Positions 63,001 to 64,000 of a stretch of 64,000 nt of DNA are shown here, piece after piece. The stretch covers positions 16,740,001 through 16,804,000 of the forward strand of contig OZ024752.1 of NCBI GenBank assembly GCA_964016885.1. The letters run 5' to 3'. This stretch comes from Eledone cirrhosa (Eukaryota). The notes under the pieces were generated by a model, which did not search any database, was not told where the DNA came from, and was given only the letters and a program-made list of their open reading frames with translations. A program made the position numbers and the translations under genes. Each line of letters opens with the position of its first letter. Within the stretch, counting starts at the first letter, position 1.

Positions 63001-64000
63001 ATGTCAGCCGTGTGTGGTAGTCTGTCTAGGGGAAGAATCACTCTGATGTCAGCCGTGTGTGGTAGTCTGTCTAGGGGAAGGAACACTCTGATGTCAGCTG
63101 TGTGAGGCAGTCTGTCTAGGGGAAGGATCACTCTGCTGTCAGCCGTGTGTGGTAGTCTCTCTAGGGGAAGGATCACTCTGATGTCAGCTGTGTGTGGTAG
63201 TCTGTCTAGGGGAAGGATCACTCTGATGTCAGCCGTGTGTGGTAGTCTGTCTAGGGGAAGGATCACTCTGATGTCAGCTGTGTGTGGTACTCTGTATAGG
63301 GGAAGGACCATTCTGATGTCAGCTGTGTGTGGTAGTCTGTCTCGGGAAAGGATCACTCTGATGTCAGTCGTGTGTGGTAGTCTGTCTAGGGGAAGAATCA
63401 CTCTGATGTCAGCCGTGTGTGGTAGTCTGTCTAGGGGAAGGATCACTCTGATGTCAGCTGTGTGTGGCAGTCTGTCTAGTGGAAGGATCACTCTGATGTC
63501 AGCCGTGTGTGGTAGTCTCTCTAGGGGAAGGATCACTCTGATGTCAGCTGTGTGTGGTAGTCTGTCTAGGGCAAGGATCACCCTGATGTCAGCTGTGTGT
63601 GGCAGTCTGTCTAGGGGAAGGATCACTCTGATGTCAGCCGTGTGTGGTAGTCTGTCTAGGGGAAGGATCACTCTGATGTCAGCTGTGTGTGGTAGTCTGT
63701 CTAGGGGAAGGATCACTCTGATGTCAGCTGTGTGTGGTAGTCTGTCTAGGGAAGGATCACTCTGATGTCAGCTGTGTGTGGTAGTCTGTCTCGGGGAAGG
63801 ATCACTCTGATGTCAGCCGTGTGTGGTAGTCTGTCTAGGGGAAGGATCACTCTGATGTCAGTCATGTGTGGTAGTCTGTCTAGGGGAAGGATCACTCTGA
63901 TGTCAGCTGTGTGTGGTAGTCTGTCTAGGGGAAGGATCACTATGATGTCAGCCGTGTGTGGTAGTCTGTCTAGGGGAAGGATCACTCTGATGTCAGTCAT

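Larger units (their letters stand above)
1..64000. repeat. 45-bp tandem satellite DNA array (~1,420-1,430 monomers, single orientation, runs off both window edges)
   Basis: Monomer AGGATCACTCTGATGTCAGCYGTGTGTGGTAGTCTGTCTAGGGGA recurs at 1, 46, 91, 136 and continues without any non-repeat spacer to position 64000. Copies typically differ from consensus by 0-3 changes. All ORF translations are 15-aa repeats of this unit. Confidence 0.99.
32191..64000. repeat. Right satellite domain: nearly pure 45-bp monomers with irregular multi-monomer duplications
   Basis: Only about 14 length-variant monomers seen in 32 kb. Characteristic variants are TCTCGGGG, GTCATGTGTAGTAG, AGAATC, GGATAACT and CTGAAGTAAG. 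Long uninterrupted 45-bp phase, e.g. 40.1-50.1 kb. Confidence 0.93.

Noticed and set aside
1-64000. CRISPR array
   Set aside because: The entire 45-bp unit repeats; there are no unique spacers, leader or cas genes.
106-64000. The ORFs in the track as protein-coding genes
   Set aside because: All are translations of the same monomer, overlap on opposite strands, start at internal ATG/GTG codons and end wherever an indel or point stop occurs. None has a unique domain.
1-64000. Telomerase-synthesised telomeric tract
   Set aside because: Despite G-rich motifs, the 45-bp unit is longer than telomerase repeats I know of, and kb-scale ordered variant duplications indicate DNA-level recombination rather than templated addition.
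1-64000. Tandem tRNA, 5S, snRNA or spliced-leader gene array
   Set aside because: The unit is too short and shows no cloverleaf, Pol III A/B boxes with oligo-T terminator, or Sm site.
1-64000. Canonical G-quadruplex array
   Set aside because: Only one run of three or more G per monomer, about 41 nt apart, too far for a canonical intramolecular G4.
1-64000. Sequencing concatemer or rolling-circle artefact
   Set aside because: Variants recur in ordered, hierarchical, heritable patterns rather than as random errors on one template. Individual duplications could still be assembly errors.
1-64000. Mobile element, integron or diversity-generating cassette system
   Set aside because: No transposase, integrase or reverse transcriptase coding sequence, no terminal repeats or target-site duplications, and variation is not adenine-specific.

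Overview
The whole 64-kb window is one uninterrupted head-to-tail tandem satellite array of roughly 1,420-1,430 copies of a 45-bp monomer (consensus AGGATCACTCTGATGTCAGCYGTGTGTGGTAGTCTGTCTAGGGGA; ~53% GC; + strand G/T-rich). All copies are in one orientation. I found no unique sequence, transposon, RNA gene, CRISPR spacer or recognisable protein-coding gene. Every ORF in the track is a translation of the monomer (+: MSAVCGSLSRGRITL; -: ILPLDRLPHTADIRV), which is 15 codons long and stop-free in one frame on each strand. The real structure is in the monomer variants. A left domain (1 to ~32.2 kb) mixes 43/44/45/52-bp monomers in nested higher-order repeats (~3.2-3.5 kb units inside ~10.6-11 kb units). 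A right domain (~32.2-64 kb) is almost purely 45-bp, with a different variant set and irregular 0.4-4 kb duplications. Blocks of sequence are shared between the two domains. CpG-type transitions are the commonest variant, which suggests a methylating eukaryotic genome (inference). I cannot support a new gene system here; coding or regulatory roles for the array are listed only as testable hypotheses. All coordinates of internal blocks were read by eye or taken from ORF-track offsets and are approximate.
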